Shown in pieces: positions 50,800 through 60,460 of a DNA stretch of 64,000 bases (positions are counted from its first letter, which is position 1; every line of letters begins with the position of its first letter). The notes below the pieces were generated by a model. The model was not told where the DNA came from. It did no database searches and was given only the letters and a program-made list of their open reading frames with translations. The position numbers were made by a program, and so were the translations under genes. The DNA is from a bacterium. Lineage in GTDB: Bacteria; Patescibacteriota; Minisyncoccia; Phycocordibacterales; CAIZLB01. Where the stretch lies: NCBI GenBank assembly GCA_037127815.1, contig JBAXXP010000003.1, forward strand, positions 24,096-88,095, given 5' to 3'.

Positions 50800-50823
50800 C
50801 AATTACTTTTCTATTTCTGAGAA

Positions 50824-53451
50824 TTAATTTTCACCATAATTTGGACTTGAATAACAAGTCTTAACACCAACCGGTATTTCTATTGCTTTATCACCCAACC
50901 CAACGCATTTAAGTGTGTGTGTACCGACTGATATAGATACTTGTCCATCAAGCTTTATATTGTTATCAACTACAGGTAATGATGTTACAGGAACAGAAAC
51001 CTGGCCAGATTTATTTATCAGACTACATGACTTAACATTTTGTGCATCCAAATACAACGGGCATTTTCCTCCAACGGGGACAATGTTAGATCTAAATTTG
51101 AATGTAACTATCGATATAGCTGGTATAACCTTTAGGTCAGAACCTAAGTTTGTGAACTCTGAGGAACAAGTACCAACGATTGTTTTTGTAGGTATCCAGC
51201 TATTTCCAACACAAGAATAATTAGTTTGAGTTCCTTCTGTACATGTATCCTTTGGTCTAGAATCTGTACAACCAACTTTTACACTACATGAGGCCTGAGC
51301 AATTACTTCAGGATAAGCACTGTCAACAGCACTTACACTGACTGATGTATGAATACCTGATGTATCATAACCATATGTTGTAAGAAGAGGACTGTTATTG
51401 CCGGACAGAAGAGTTCCATCCTTATACCACTTATATGAAACCGTACTTGAGGCATTGTATGGTGTTGCCTCATACGTTACATCTGTACTTACCGCAACAG
51501 CATCAGCCTTACACGAAAGAGCTAATGAACCACCAGTAGTCACTACAGGAGCGGGTGTACAGTTGAATTCACCTCCTACCAAAGCACTCCAAAATCCAGT
51601 CTTAGTATCTCTTGTGTGAATCCACCACATATAAGTATGATCAGGTACTACTGCAGAAGAATAAGAACTACCTGTATAACTGTCAATCCAATTGTGGTTT
51701 GAAGCAGAAAAATCTGCACCCATAGTAACTGTAGGGTGAATAGTTTTATCAACTATTCGAATATAGACAGTATCGTAGCCACTCGGATTAACCCAAGCTA
51801 AATTAGCTGCTCTTCCATCTGTTGAACATGAGACTCCAGCTCCAGATGGAGACGGAGGAGCAGCTTGAAACGCAGCACCAACTCCATTTGCACAACCAAC
51901 ATACGATCCATCTTCACTAAGTGAATATGATGCACCTATACTTGCGTGATATGACAGCACTAAAGCGTTAAGATTGGCAAATGCAGTAGCATAATCATAA
52001 TCAACATTGCCATTTACATAATTTCTCATTAATTCACAGGTAGCTACAGCCAGAGGAGACCCGTCATATCCACCAGGATTAGTATAGTAAATAAAACCAC
52101 CATTATTTACTACTCCAGTTTTACACAGGCCAGCAACATTTGCTGAAGCATTTACTTTTTTGAAATTAAAATAACCAATAATTTTTTCTAATAATGAGAC
52201 AGGTTTTATTTGTGTGTTTGAGACTTTGAATCCAGATTTTATTTTATTCTTAAACTGACTAACTAGATCAGTAAATGGTTTATAGTTTGAGAGATTTTTT
52301 AATCTACCATAAGGACCTGTATCTGATAAAACAATAAAAATCCCGATATCTGATCCAGGGTCCTTACTATTGGCAATAATTTCTTTTAGTTTTGATGCGG
52401 CCTCTTCTTTTTTATTATTTTCAGCATAAGTATATGCCTCATTCATATCAGCCCTAGAAATAACAATAGGTCTATCGTTATTCATTAAACCAATATCAAC
52501 AAGAGCTGCTGCTTTCTGAGCTTCATAATTCTTTATAGCTAGATCTACATCGCCTTGTTTTCCATATATGTTTGCAATTAAGCCCATTGCATATGAAAGG
52601 TTGGGGTACATAGAAAGAGACTTATTCAACATCTCAAGGGCTTTTACATAATCACCTTTCAACATATAGGCATTACCCATTGCAACATAAGCTTGTGGAT
52701 ATGTTGGATCTGTAGAAATTGAACTTGAGGCATATGCGAATGCATTATCTATAGCCTTAGTTGAGGTTGAGCTTAAAGCAAGGAAACTTAAATCATAATA
52801 AGCCTCAGATCTAATTCTTGTATTATCAGCAAAAGAAGTGACTAAAAGAAATTGTTTTTTAGCTTCTTCAACCTTACTCTGCCTTGAATAAAGTCTACCT
52901 AGATTCATTTTAACATCTAGATTAGTTGTATCTAAACTGTCTGCCCTTAGATAGTCAATCTCAGCAGATTTTAGATCTCCAGATAAATCATAAGCATGAC
53001 CTCTATGGACATAAGCACTACTACTATTTGAATCCAAAGATATAGCACTAGAATACGCATCTATTGCCCCAGGAAAATTACTCATGATTTCTGTTGCATA
53101 ACCAAGAGCGATGTAAGCCTTAACACTAGTTGGGTCAAGCTTCAGTGCTTCCTTTGCATAATCTAAAGCTTTTTGGCCATACTCTTTTTCCTTGAATTCT
53201 GTACTTCCTTTTTGTGCCCATGATAAGGAAAGTGCAATTAGTGTTGCAATATTATTTGGGTCAGACCTTAGGGTATTAGTTGAAACCTCAATAGCTTTAT
53301 TTAAATCACCCTTATTAAAAGAATCAACTACCTCAGTTGGTACAACTGAGGTAGTTGGAGCTCTTAATGTATATCTTTGATAAGCAAACAGTCCTCCTAT
53401 AAGAACTATTGCAATCAAAATTATGCCGAACATCAATTTTTTATTATTCAT
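50824..53451 (-). CDS. Membrane-anchored TPR-repeat protein with Cys-rich beta-sandwich C-terminal domains
   Basis: N-terminal TM, multiple TPR units (e.g. AYIALGYA, AYVHRGHAY, AYVAMGNAY) and PKD/Ig-like Ser/Thr/Cys-rich C-half. Confidence 0.8.
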   Translation of the reverse strand: MNNKKLMFGIILIAIVLIGGLFAYQRYTLRAPTTSVVPTEVVDSFNKGDLNKAIEVSTNTLRSDPNNIATLIALSLSWAQKGSTEFKEKEYGQKALDYAKEALKLDPTSVKAYIALGYATEIMSNFPGAIDAYSSAISLDSNSSSAYVHRGHAYDLSGDLKSAEIDYLRADSLDTTNLDVKMNLGRLYSRQSKVEEAKKQFLLVTSFADNTRIRSEAYYDLSFLALSSTSTKAIDNAFAYASSSISTDPTYPQAYVAMGNAYMLKGDYVKALEMLNKSLSMYPNLSYAMGLIANIYGKQGDVDLAIKNYEAQKAAALVDIGLMNNDRPIVISRADMNEAYTYAENNKKEEAASKLKEIIANSKDPGSDIGIFIVLSDTGPYGRLKNLSNYKPFTDLVSQFKNKIKSGFKVSNTQIKPVSLLEKIIGYFNFKKVNASANVAGLCKTGVVNNGGFIYYTNPGGYDGSPLAVATCELMRNYVNGNVDYDYATAFANLNALVLSYHASIGASYSLSEDGSYVGCANGVGAAFQAAPPSPSGAGVSCSTDGRAANLAWVNPSGYDTVYIRIVDKTIHPTVTMGADFSASNHNWIDSYTGSSYSSAVVPDHTYMWWIHTRDTKTGFWSALVGGEFNCTPAPVVTTGGSLALSCKADAVAVSTDVTYEATPYNASSTVSYKWYKDGTLLSGNNSPLLTTYGYDTSGIHTSVSVSAVDSAYPEVIAQASCSVKVGCTDSRPKDTCTEGTQTNYSCVGNSWIPTKTIVGTCSSEFTNLGSDLKVIPAISIVTFKFRSNIVPVGGKCPLYLDAQNVKSCSLINKSGQVSVPVTSLPVVDNNIKLDGQVSISVGTHTLKCVGLGDKAIEIPVGVKTCYSSPNYGEN

Positions 53452-53722
53452 ATGGAAAAGTAATCTTTTAATTAGTGTACTTTATAAACTTAACTGTCTA
53501 ATTATACACCTAAATGCACACAAACTTACATCAAAATACTTCTTAATGTGGATAAGCTATTATACTTGGGTTAAAAATTAGGGTCAGCATTCAATCGTAT
53601 TTTCATTCTATAAAGAACAAAAATTCATTGCTATTATCCATTAATGTGCAGTATAATTAAAAGTATTAATAGATTAAACGGATCAGATCTTCTGACCTAA
53701 GTTAGGCTCTTTATGTATTTAT

Positions 53723-56680
53723 ATGAAAAAAATATCTTTAACCTTAGTATTATTAGCCGCGATGCTGTTTTCAGGTACAGCACACGCACAAACTTTTGTT
53801 CCCAATAAATTAGTTTTTTCTTTAACAGCGCTATCTAGTGTTTTGCAAAAAAACATACCAGTACTAGAAAGTGGAGATATTGTAGACCTAAAGGCAACAT
53901 TAGACATCTCAGACCTTCCTCAAGACAAGACAATGGTCGAATATGGTGTATTTAAACAAATTACAAATGGAAATACAACCGAGTATGAACCAATAGAAGT
54001 TCTTCAAACGGATAAAGTATACGTAAAATCTGGTGAAAAAACCTTGAAGGTTAACGTTCCTAAGGTTTTTGAAGCAAACGGTACCTCAACGTATGTATTT
54101 TATGCAAGAACATATGTTACAGATGATGTAGATAAGGAAAACATGGTTATTTCTAAAAATAATTTTTTTATTCACGGAAATAATAGCCCAATAACTAAAG
54201 TTAAGTATGTAAACCTATATCACTCTAATGGAACAAGATACTCGATAGGTTCTGGTCCTACAATTTATGATTTATCCAAAACAACATACAAAGGGGTTGC
54301 AAGTTCAACATCAATTGAAGTAACTTTTGAATCAAATATAGATACAGTAGTAACTCCAAACATTAATTTTTCAAAATTAAGATCAGACGTTAAAATCCCA
54401 GATTTAAAGCCCGAAGATATTAAAATTAGAAAAGGAGAGACTACAGTAACAATTCCTCTACCTACATTCGATTACGCACCTGGAGTATATTTAGGTAATC
54501 TAAAATTAGACAATTCTAATATCCCTACAATTAGTTTCAAATATATAGTCGGGGGTGACATGGTAACATTTGGAGAACCGGTATATGTTTTAGGCAGTGA
54601 AAATCAAGTACTCAATTTTGAGATATATGGTACACCCATAGATCTAAATCTTGATGAAAAATTAAATAATCTCTCTACATCTACTATTGTAGACCAAACA
54701 TCTAACTCGGGAATGATTTATGGTACCACTTTTATGTTATTAGATAAGAACAATAAATCTTTATATACCGTGAGTAAAGATATAGATTTTTCTACTTCTA
54801 CTTATTCATTGGTTATTCCAAAAGATATTAAAAATATCACAGGAGTTTCTATAAAAACTATGAACAAGAACGGAGTAGTGCTTTTTGAAGGAACAAAACA
54901 ATTGAATATTCCTGAAAATAAATCAAACACATTAATGCTAGTATCGTTGGGTCTCTTGTTTATATTAGCCATATCTTCTGTATTTCTCTTCAAGCACAAA
55001 TACATAAAACTACTAGCTGCTATTATTGCTCTTGCAATTCTATTTTTAGGAATAAATATAGCAACAGCTTCTGTTGTATGGCCTGTTGGTGTATGGCCTG
55101 TTGATGCCAAATATAAAGTATATGAGGCACTTAATAGCGATGAAGGATCATACAGAAGTGGGACGATTGGATACCTAGGTAGTCTGGTGAGATTTAACAC
55201 CAACGTACCAACTGAGCAATATAGTCCTGATGAGGATTTGGTTTTTACATATCAAGCTTCCTATACATACTGTACCAATGACCCTAACAACGGACGAATA
55301 CAAATAGGTCTGACTACAAAATCAGAAAACTATATGAAGAACGTTCAAACCTGGGTTCCAAATAATGGTCCATTTTCCCATGGTAAGTGGGTTACAACAC
55401 AGGTAGTCGCACAAAAAGATATCATGAGTGTACCCGGAACAGTTTATAATTACGGACTTTCATATGCAGGTAGTAATACAAAATCTGCCTCATACGAAGG
55501 TCACAGAATGACTTTTACCTCAAAATGGATAACAACAAACATAGGTAAACCTACTGTAGGATCTAATCTTCTTATCTTCTACAGTGTTGTTGGTGGAGGT
55601 AAGGGTGGTTATACTACATATAAAATACCTTTGAATATTAAACAAATCTTAGTACCTAACGCTACCAGCACTATTCCTACAGATATAGATATTCCAAAAG
55701 TTACAATAAGTGTTGATGACATTAATTCAACGGGCGCTACTGTAAAATGGACTTATACAGCCCCAAAACCTCAAGCAAACTATCAGGTTCAAGTTTCAGA
55801 TACCGAGGATTTTTCTGGTAAAACAATAAATAACGTCGGATCAAATGATGGTATAACTAGAAAAAATGATTCTGGTGCACAAAAAATATTCAGCTTGCTT
55901 AAAAGAGCTGTTGCAGCAGCGGATATTAGCAGTATTCGTGATTCAATAATAGACGGTCTATTACCTAGTACAAAATACTGGGCAAAAGTAAGAGCAGGTA
56001 ATGGAACAGAATGGAGTGAATGGGCAAGTGTACCGTTTACTACCGCCTCTTCAACAAGTGGTGCGGTAAATGGTTGTGATACTAACATAATTAGTGACGG
56101 AGTTGGTTTGTATTCTACATCAACAAATCTTTGTAAGACAGGACATGCATTAGTTGACAAGTCATTTAATCTGAATTCTAACAGTGCACAAACATGGTCA
56201 TGGAAATGTACGCAAAACTCTACACCATCTAATGCAAGTAATTGTTCAGCTAGATGCCAAAGCAATCTTTATGATTCATCTACTAATAAGTGTCTTACAT
56301 CTGGAAGCAATGGTGACATGTGCTCAAACATAGAAGGTATACAGTTAGCTAATGACTCCATATACAAAACTACAAATTGTATTCTTCCAACATTAACTGC
56401 AACAGTTAAATTAAACAGTCCCTTTGCTGATGAAAATACATCAAAATGTTCTTTAAGTTGGTCAGCCACATCCAACGTAGACACAAAACTTGAAAACACA
56501 ACATGTAAACTGGATGGAAAAAATGTTAATCCAATACAGATCAATCAACAAGTTCTAGTCGGACGACATACTCTTGTCTGGCAGACAAACATTTCAGATG
56601 GTGCAGCATCGACTATCTCTTCCCTCCCTGTTACAAAGAGTTTTAATTGCCAAAGGGTGCCAATACAATCAGAGAATTAA
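53723..56680 (+). CDS. Large secreted/surface protein with internal TM pair, FN3-like domain and Cys-rich C-terminus
   Basis: Signal peptide AHA|Q; central TM hairpin; W..Y.VQ...L.PSTKYWAKVRA.N...WSEW FN3 pattern. Confidence 0.8.
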   Translation: MKKISLTLVLLAAMLFSGTAHAQTFVPNKLVFSLTALSSVLQKNIPVLESGDIVDLKATLDISDLPQDKTMVEYGVFKQITNGNTTEYEPIEVLQTDKVYVKSGEKTLKVNVPKVFEANGTSTYVFYARTYVTDDVDKENMVISKNNFFIHGNNSPITKVKYVNLYHSNGTRYSIGSGPTIYDLSKTTYKGVASSTSIEVTFESNIDTVVTPNINFSKLRSDVKIPDLKPEDIKIRKGETTVTIPLPTFDYAPGVYLGNLKLDNSNIPTISFKYIVGGDMVTFGEPVYVLGSENQVLNFEIYGTPIDLNLDEKLNNLSTSTIVDQTSNSGMIYGTTFMLLDKNNKSLYTVSKDIDFSTSTYSLVIPKDIKNITGVSIKTMNKNGVVLFEGTKQLNIPENKSNTLMLVSLGLLFILAISSVFLFKHKYIKLLAAIIALAILFLGINIATASVVWPVGVWPVDAKYKVYEALNSDEGSYRSGTIGYLGSLVRFNTNVPTEQYSPDEDLVFTYQASYTYCTNDPNNGRIQIGLTTKSENYMKNVQTWVPNNGPFSHGKWVTTQVVAQKDIMSVPGTVYNYGLSYAGSNTKSASYEGHRMTFTSKWITTNIGKPTVGSNLLIFYSVVGGGKGGYTTYKIPLNIKQILVPNATSTIPTDIDIPKVTISVDDINSTGATVKWTYTAPKPQANYQVQVSDTEDFSGKTINNVGSNDGITRKNDSGAQKIFSLLKRAVAAADISSIRDSIIDGLLPSTKYWAKVRAGNGTEWSEWASVPFTTASSTSGAVNGCDTNIISDGVGLYSTSTNLCKTGHALVDKSFNLNSNSAQTWSWKCTQNSTPSNASNCSARCQSNLYDSSTNKCLTSGSNGDMCSNIEGIQLANDSIYKTTNCILPTLTATVKLNSPFADENTSKCSLSWSATSNVDTKLENTTCKLDGKNVNPIQINQQVLVGRHTLVWQTNISDGAASTISSLPVTKSFNCQRVPIQSEN

Positions 56681-56708
56681 TTTCTTTATACAACTAAGAG
56701 ATACAACA

Positions 56709-56750
56709 AAAACAAAACCCCTATCCAGATAAGATTAGGGGTTTTGTTTT
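56709..56750. terminator. Bidirectional terminator
   Basis: AAAACAAAACCCCTA...TAGGGGTTTTGTTTT between convergent genes. Confidence 0.75.
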
Positions 56751-56790
56751 ATAGGACTTATCCTTTTGAGACCATCTAATACAGGTAAAT

Positions 56791-58311
56791 CTAGTAGTTC
56801 TTCAATCTATTAACCTTATCATGCTGTCTTATCTTCTCATGCGCTTTAGCCTCAATTTGCCTAATGCGCTCACGAGTTACTCCAAACATCTTACCAACCT
56901 CCTCAAGTGTATGTTGAATTCCATCAGCAAGCCCGTGACGCAACATTAAAATCTCTCTTTCCTTCTCAGAAAGATCTGCCAATATCTCCTTGACCTGGTC
57001 AGCAAGAATTCTTCTTGATGATTCTTGATCTGGTGAAAGAATCTTATCATCAGGAATAAAGTCTCCAAATGTTGACTTATCATCATCATCACCAACTGAT
57101 GCATCCAATGAAACCGTTGTTTGATCTATTTTTTCAATTGTATAAATCTTCTCAACATCTATTCCCATTTCAATTGCAATTTCCTCAGGTAATGGATCAC
57201 GTCCCAAGTCTTGAGTAAGTCTTCTTAGGACTTGCTTATACTTTGCGATAGTCTCAACCATGTGAACTGGAACTCTAATTGTTCTTGATTGATCAGCTAG
57301 AGCACGAGTAATTGACTGTCTAATCCACCATGTTGCATAAGTTGAAAACTTAAAACCCTTTGACCAATCAAACTTATCTACAGCTTTAAACAAACCAATA
57401 TTTCCCTCTTGAATCAAGTCAAGTAATGTTAAATCAGGACTTCTGTTTGCATATTTTTTTGCAATAGAAACTACAAGTCTCAAGTTTGCCTTAGCAAGCA
57501 ACCCTTCCGCTTCCTTATCGCCATTTTGAATTCTTTTAGCAAGATCCTTTTCTTCTGATCCGGTAATCAAAGGATATTGTCCAATTTCCTTAAGGTACAT
57601 TTGAATTGAGTCGTAATTTGAATCAGTTTTAGTAACTGTATACTTCTTAAGAAGAGCCTCTTCTTGATTACTTACGTCAAGCATTCCCCCACCTTCAAGA
57701 ACATCGATTCCTGCTGTTTGAAGTCTCTCATACAGAACATCAAGAAAGCTAATGTCTTCTTCAATATTTGGAAATTCTTTCAAAATCTCATCGTATGTAA
57801 CAAATCCTCTATCTCGTCCTCTACCAAGTAAAACTGTTGCCTTCTCCTCCCAAGTAGAAGTCTTCCCTTTTGCGCTGGTTTTTGTTGAGTGAAACGCAGA
57901 TTTGTCTGTCTTTTTCAAAACTTTAACAACAACTTTTTTCACTTTTTCTTTTTTATCAACAACTACTTTTACTGCAGGTACTTTTTTTACAGCTTTTATT
58001 TCCACCTTTTTGATTGGCTTCTTTTCCACAACTTTTATTTTTTTATCTGAAGCCTTAGGTGTTATTTTATTCAATTTTTTATTTATATTTATTTTATTTT
58101 TATCTAAATTTTTATCTACAGATTTTTTTTCGATCTTGATATTTTTTTTCTCGGTTTTTACGTTCTTTGCATTCTTATTTAAAATAGGTTTTGTAATCTT
58201 CGTAGATAATGAAACCTTACTTTTTGAAACAATTTTTGTTTTAGTAGTGCTTTTTGGAGCGCTTTTTTGTACCGGCTTATTTAGTTTTTTATTTTGTTTG
58301 TCTTTTGTCAT
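56791..58311 (-). CDS. rpoD: Primary sigma70 factor with long Lys-rich N-terminal extension
   Basis: [34 protein letters not shown] and TRERIRQIE; AGGAG SD before ATG 58311. Confidence 0.95.
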   Translation of the reverse strand: MTKDKQNKKLNKPVQKSAPKSTTKTKIVSKSKVSLSTKITKPILNKNAKNVKTEKKNIKIEKKSVDKNLDKNKININKKLNKITPKASDKKIKVVEKKPIKKVEIKAVKKVPAVKVVVDKKEKVKKVVVKVLKKTDKSAFHSTKTSAKGKTSTWEEKATVLLGRGRDRGFVTYDEILKEFPNIEEDISFLDVLYERLQTAGIDVLEGGGMLDVSNQEEALLKKYTVTKTDSNYDSIQMYLKEIGQYPLITGSEEKDLAKRIQNGDKEAEGLLAKANLRLVVSIAKKYANRSPDLTLLDLIQEGNIGLFKAVDKFDWSKGFKFSTYATWWIRQSITRALADQSRTIRVPVHMVETIAKYKQVLRRLTQDLGRDPLPEEIAIEMGIDVEKIYTIEKIDQTTVSLDASVGDDDDKSTFGDFIPDDKILSPDQESSRRILADQVKEILADLSEKEREILMLRHGLADGIQHTLEEVGKMFGVTRERIRQIEAKAHEKIRQHDKVNRLKNY

Positions 58312-58387
58312 AGCTCCTTTTGTTTAAAGAAATCATATTACAATACCTTGAATGTTACACTAGTTTCATTGTGAAATAAAGTGTTTT

Positions 58388-60286
58388 TTACCCATATAAT
58401 TTCTTTTTCTTTTGCACCTCTGCAAGCTTTAAAGATATCTCTTGGCATTCCTTCAAAATTTTCATCGCTTCATCCTTTTTCTGTAATCTCTCCATTTTAT
58501 TAAGATTATTCATCAAAATAGAAAGTGTCTGTTTTGCTGTTCTCTCTTCAATCTCCAGCAACAACTCTTCTATGTCATGATCTAATTTAGAGCTTCCCGC
58601 AAATAAAACTTCCGCCTCAAATGAAAGTCCCGTTGGAGAAGAAGATATTCTTTCATCAAAATATTTCTTACTCACAGAGTCCAAAAAACTCTCTGCCCTA
58701 CTCAACACTTGTTCTGCTTTATCTAGATTAGCAGAATCTCTTAGCCAAAGAATTAAGCCTATCAATCTGTCTAATGTCTTTTTATCACTATCACTCAGGT
58801 CATCAAAACCCTTTATAGAAGAATGATCCATACTATTGGCCTCCAAATTTTCTCTATCTCCATTTCCTTTGATTCCACCGTCACCTACATTATCACTTAC
58901 GTTACCATCAGACCTAGATGTAGGGTTGTTTTGCAACTTATTTCTTGCAATTAATCTTTCCACCTCCGCTCTCAAATCAGCCTCCTGAATATCTGTTCTC
59001 AAACTAATTCTATTAATAAAATGCGCTCTATCGATTGAGCTCTCGATTGCAAGTACATAGGGTAGCACTTCAATCTCAACCGCTTTCCATAGATCTCTTC
59101 CTTTTAATCCTTCGCCCTCTAGGATGTCAAGATAAAAATCAATTATGTGTTTTGCATTCTTCAAACATGTCTTAAACTTTTCCTTATCTTTTAGTATTAA
59201 CGATGCTGGATCTTCCCCCTTAGGAAGCCCTGCTATTTTAACATCCATTCCAAGTGATAATGCAAGATCCCATGCCTTAAGACTTGCCTTAAGCCCAGCC
59301 TTGTCTGCATCATAGACAATCATTGTATTGTCTGTAAGTCTTTTTATTTTCTCTAAATGAAGTTTTGTAAGAGAAGTTCCTGATGTCGCAACTGTATTAT
59401 TGAATCCCGCCTGATGTGCTAAAAGCATATCAAACTGACCTTCAACTAAAATTGCATAACCAAACTTTCTGATACCTTCCTTTGCTTTATGATATCCATA
59501 AAGTATTTCCGATTTATTAAACAGTGGACCGTCTGGGCTATTTAAATATTTTGGTGCTTCTTTGACTGCATCTTTTGCTACAGTATTCGAATCATCATTT
59601 ACTGCGTTTGTTGATTGAGCAATCTCCGGTTTAGCAAATTCTATAAATCTTCCAGAGTATCCGACAACACGCCCAGATGAGTCAGCTAAAGGAAACATTA
59701 TTCTCTCCCTGAATCTGTCGTATACACTTGTTCCTGTCTGCTTAATTAGTCCAACTTTTTCTGATTCAACAGCAGAAATATTATTTGTTTTTAAATGATC
59801 TTCCAGATTTCTCCACTCATTTAATGCAAGACCAATTCTCCATGCTTTTATAGTCTCATCTGTTAGTCCTCTTTCATACAAATAATCTAATGCAAATTTT
59901 GATTTTGGATTTCCATGTAATTGATTTTCATAAAACACAGTTGATGTTTCAAGAATATTTCTAAGTTTGTCTAAATCAGATTCTTTGCTTCTGTCGTGCT
60001 GAAATTGCATTAATTCAACACCAGCTTTATCAGCCAATATTTTAAGAGCGCCAAGAAAATCTATTCTTTCAAATTCTTCAACAAAGGTAAAAATATCACC
60101 CTTTACTCCGCAACCAAAACAATAGTAATTATTTCTAGCTGGGGAGATAAAAAACGATGGGGTTTTCTCATTATGAAAAGGACAGCGCGCCTTGTAGTTT
60201 GCGCCTGTCTTTTCAATTTTTATGTAAGCTCCAATAACCTCTGCTATTGTAAGCCTTTCTTTTATTGTTTGAGCGGCTGATGACAT
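58388..60286 (-). CDS. dnaG: DNA primase
   Basis: CPFHNEKTPSF...CFGC zinc finger, KYLNSP, VEGQFD and YDADKAG. Confidence 0.96.
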   Translation of the reverse strand: MSSAAQTIKERLTIAEVIGAYIKIEKTGANYKARCPFHNEKTPSFFISPARNNYYCFGCGVKGDIFTFVEEFERIDFLGALKILADKAGVELMQFQHDRSKESDLDKLRNILETSTVFYENQLHGNPKSKFALDYLYERGLTDETIKAWRIGLALNEWRNLEDHLKTNNISAVESEKVGLIKQTGTSVYDRFRERIMFPLADSSGRVVGYSGRFIEFAKPEIAQSTNAVNDDSNTVAKDAVKEAPKYLNSPDGPLFNKSEILYGYHKAKEGIRKFGYAILVEGQFDMLLAHQAGFNNTVATSGTSLTKLHLEKIKRLTDNTMIVYDADKAGLKASLKAWDLALSLGMDVKIAGLPKGEDPASLILKDKEKFKTCLKNAKHIIDFYLDILEGEGLKGRDLWKAVEIEVLPYVLAIESSIDRAHFINRISLRTDIQEADLRAEVERLIARNKLQNNPTSRSDGNVSDNVGDGGIKGNGDRENLEANSMDHSSIKGFDDLSDSDKKTLDRLIGLILWLRDSANLDKAEQVLSRAESFLDSVSKKYFDERISSSPTGLSFEAEVLFAGSSKLDHDIEELLLEIEERTAKQTLSILMNNLNKMERLQKKDEAMKILKECQEISLKLAEVQKKKKLYG

Positions 60287-60460
60287 TTAATTTATTTATT
60301 ATATGTGTGACCTCACGCCCCGCAGAAGAAAATCACTTCTACTCCACTTACATAATGCGAAGGGTCTGCATCCTGATGCCCCGACCCTACCCACGCACCA
60401 ACCCATCTTACTATGTGTTCACGATTAAAGTTTACGATCAGAATCGTCTATATCTCAATA

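Noticed and set aside
53540-53645. oriC suggested by DnaA-box-like TGTGGATAA/TTATCCA words (also at 9636 and 42975)
   Set aside because: Boxes are isolated rather than clustered, and there is no dnaA/dnaN nearby.
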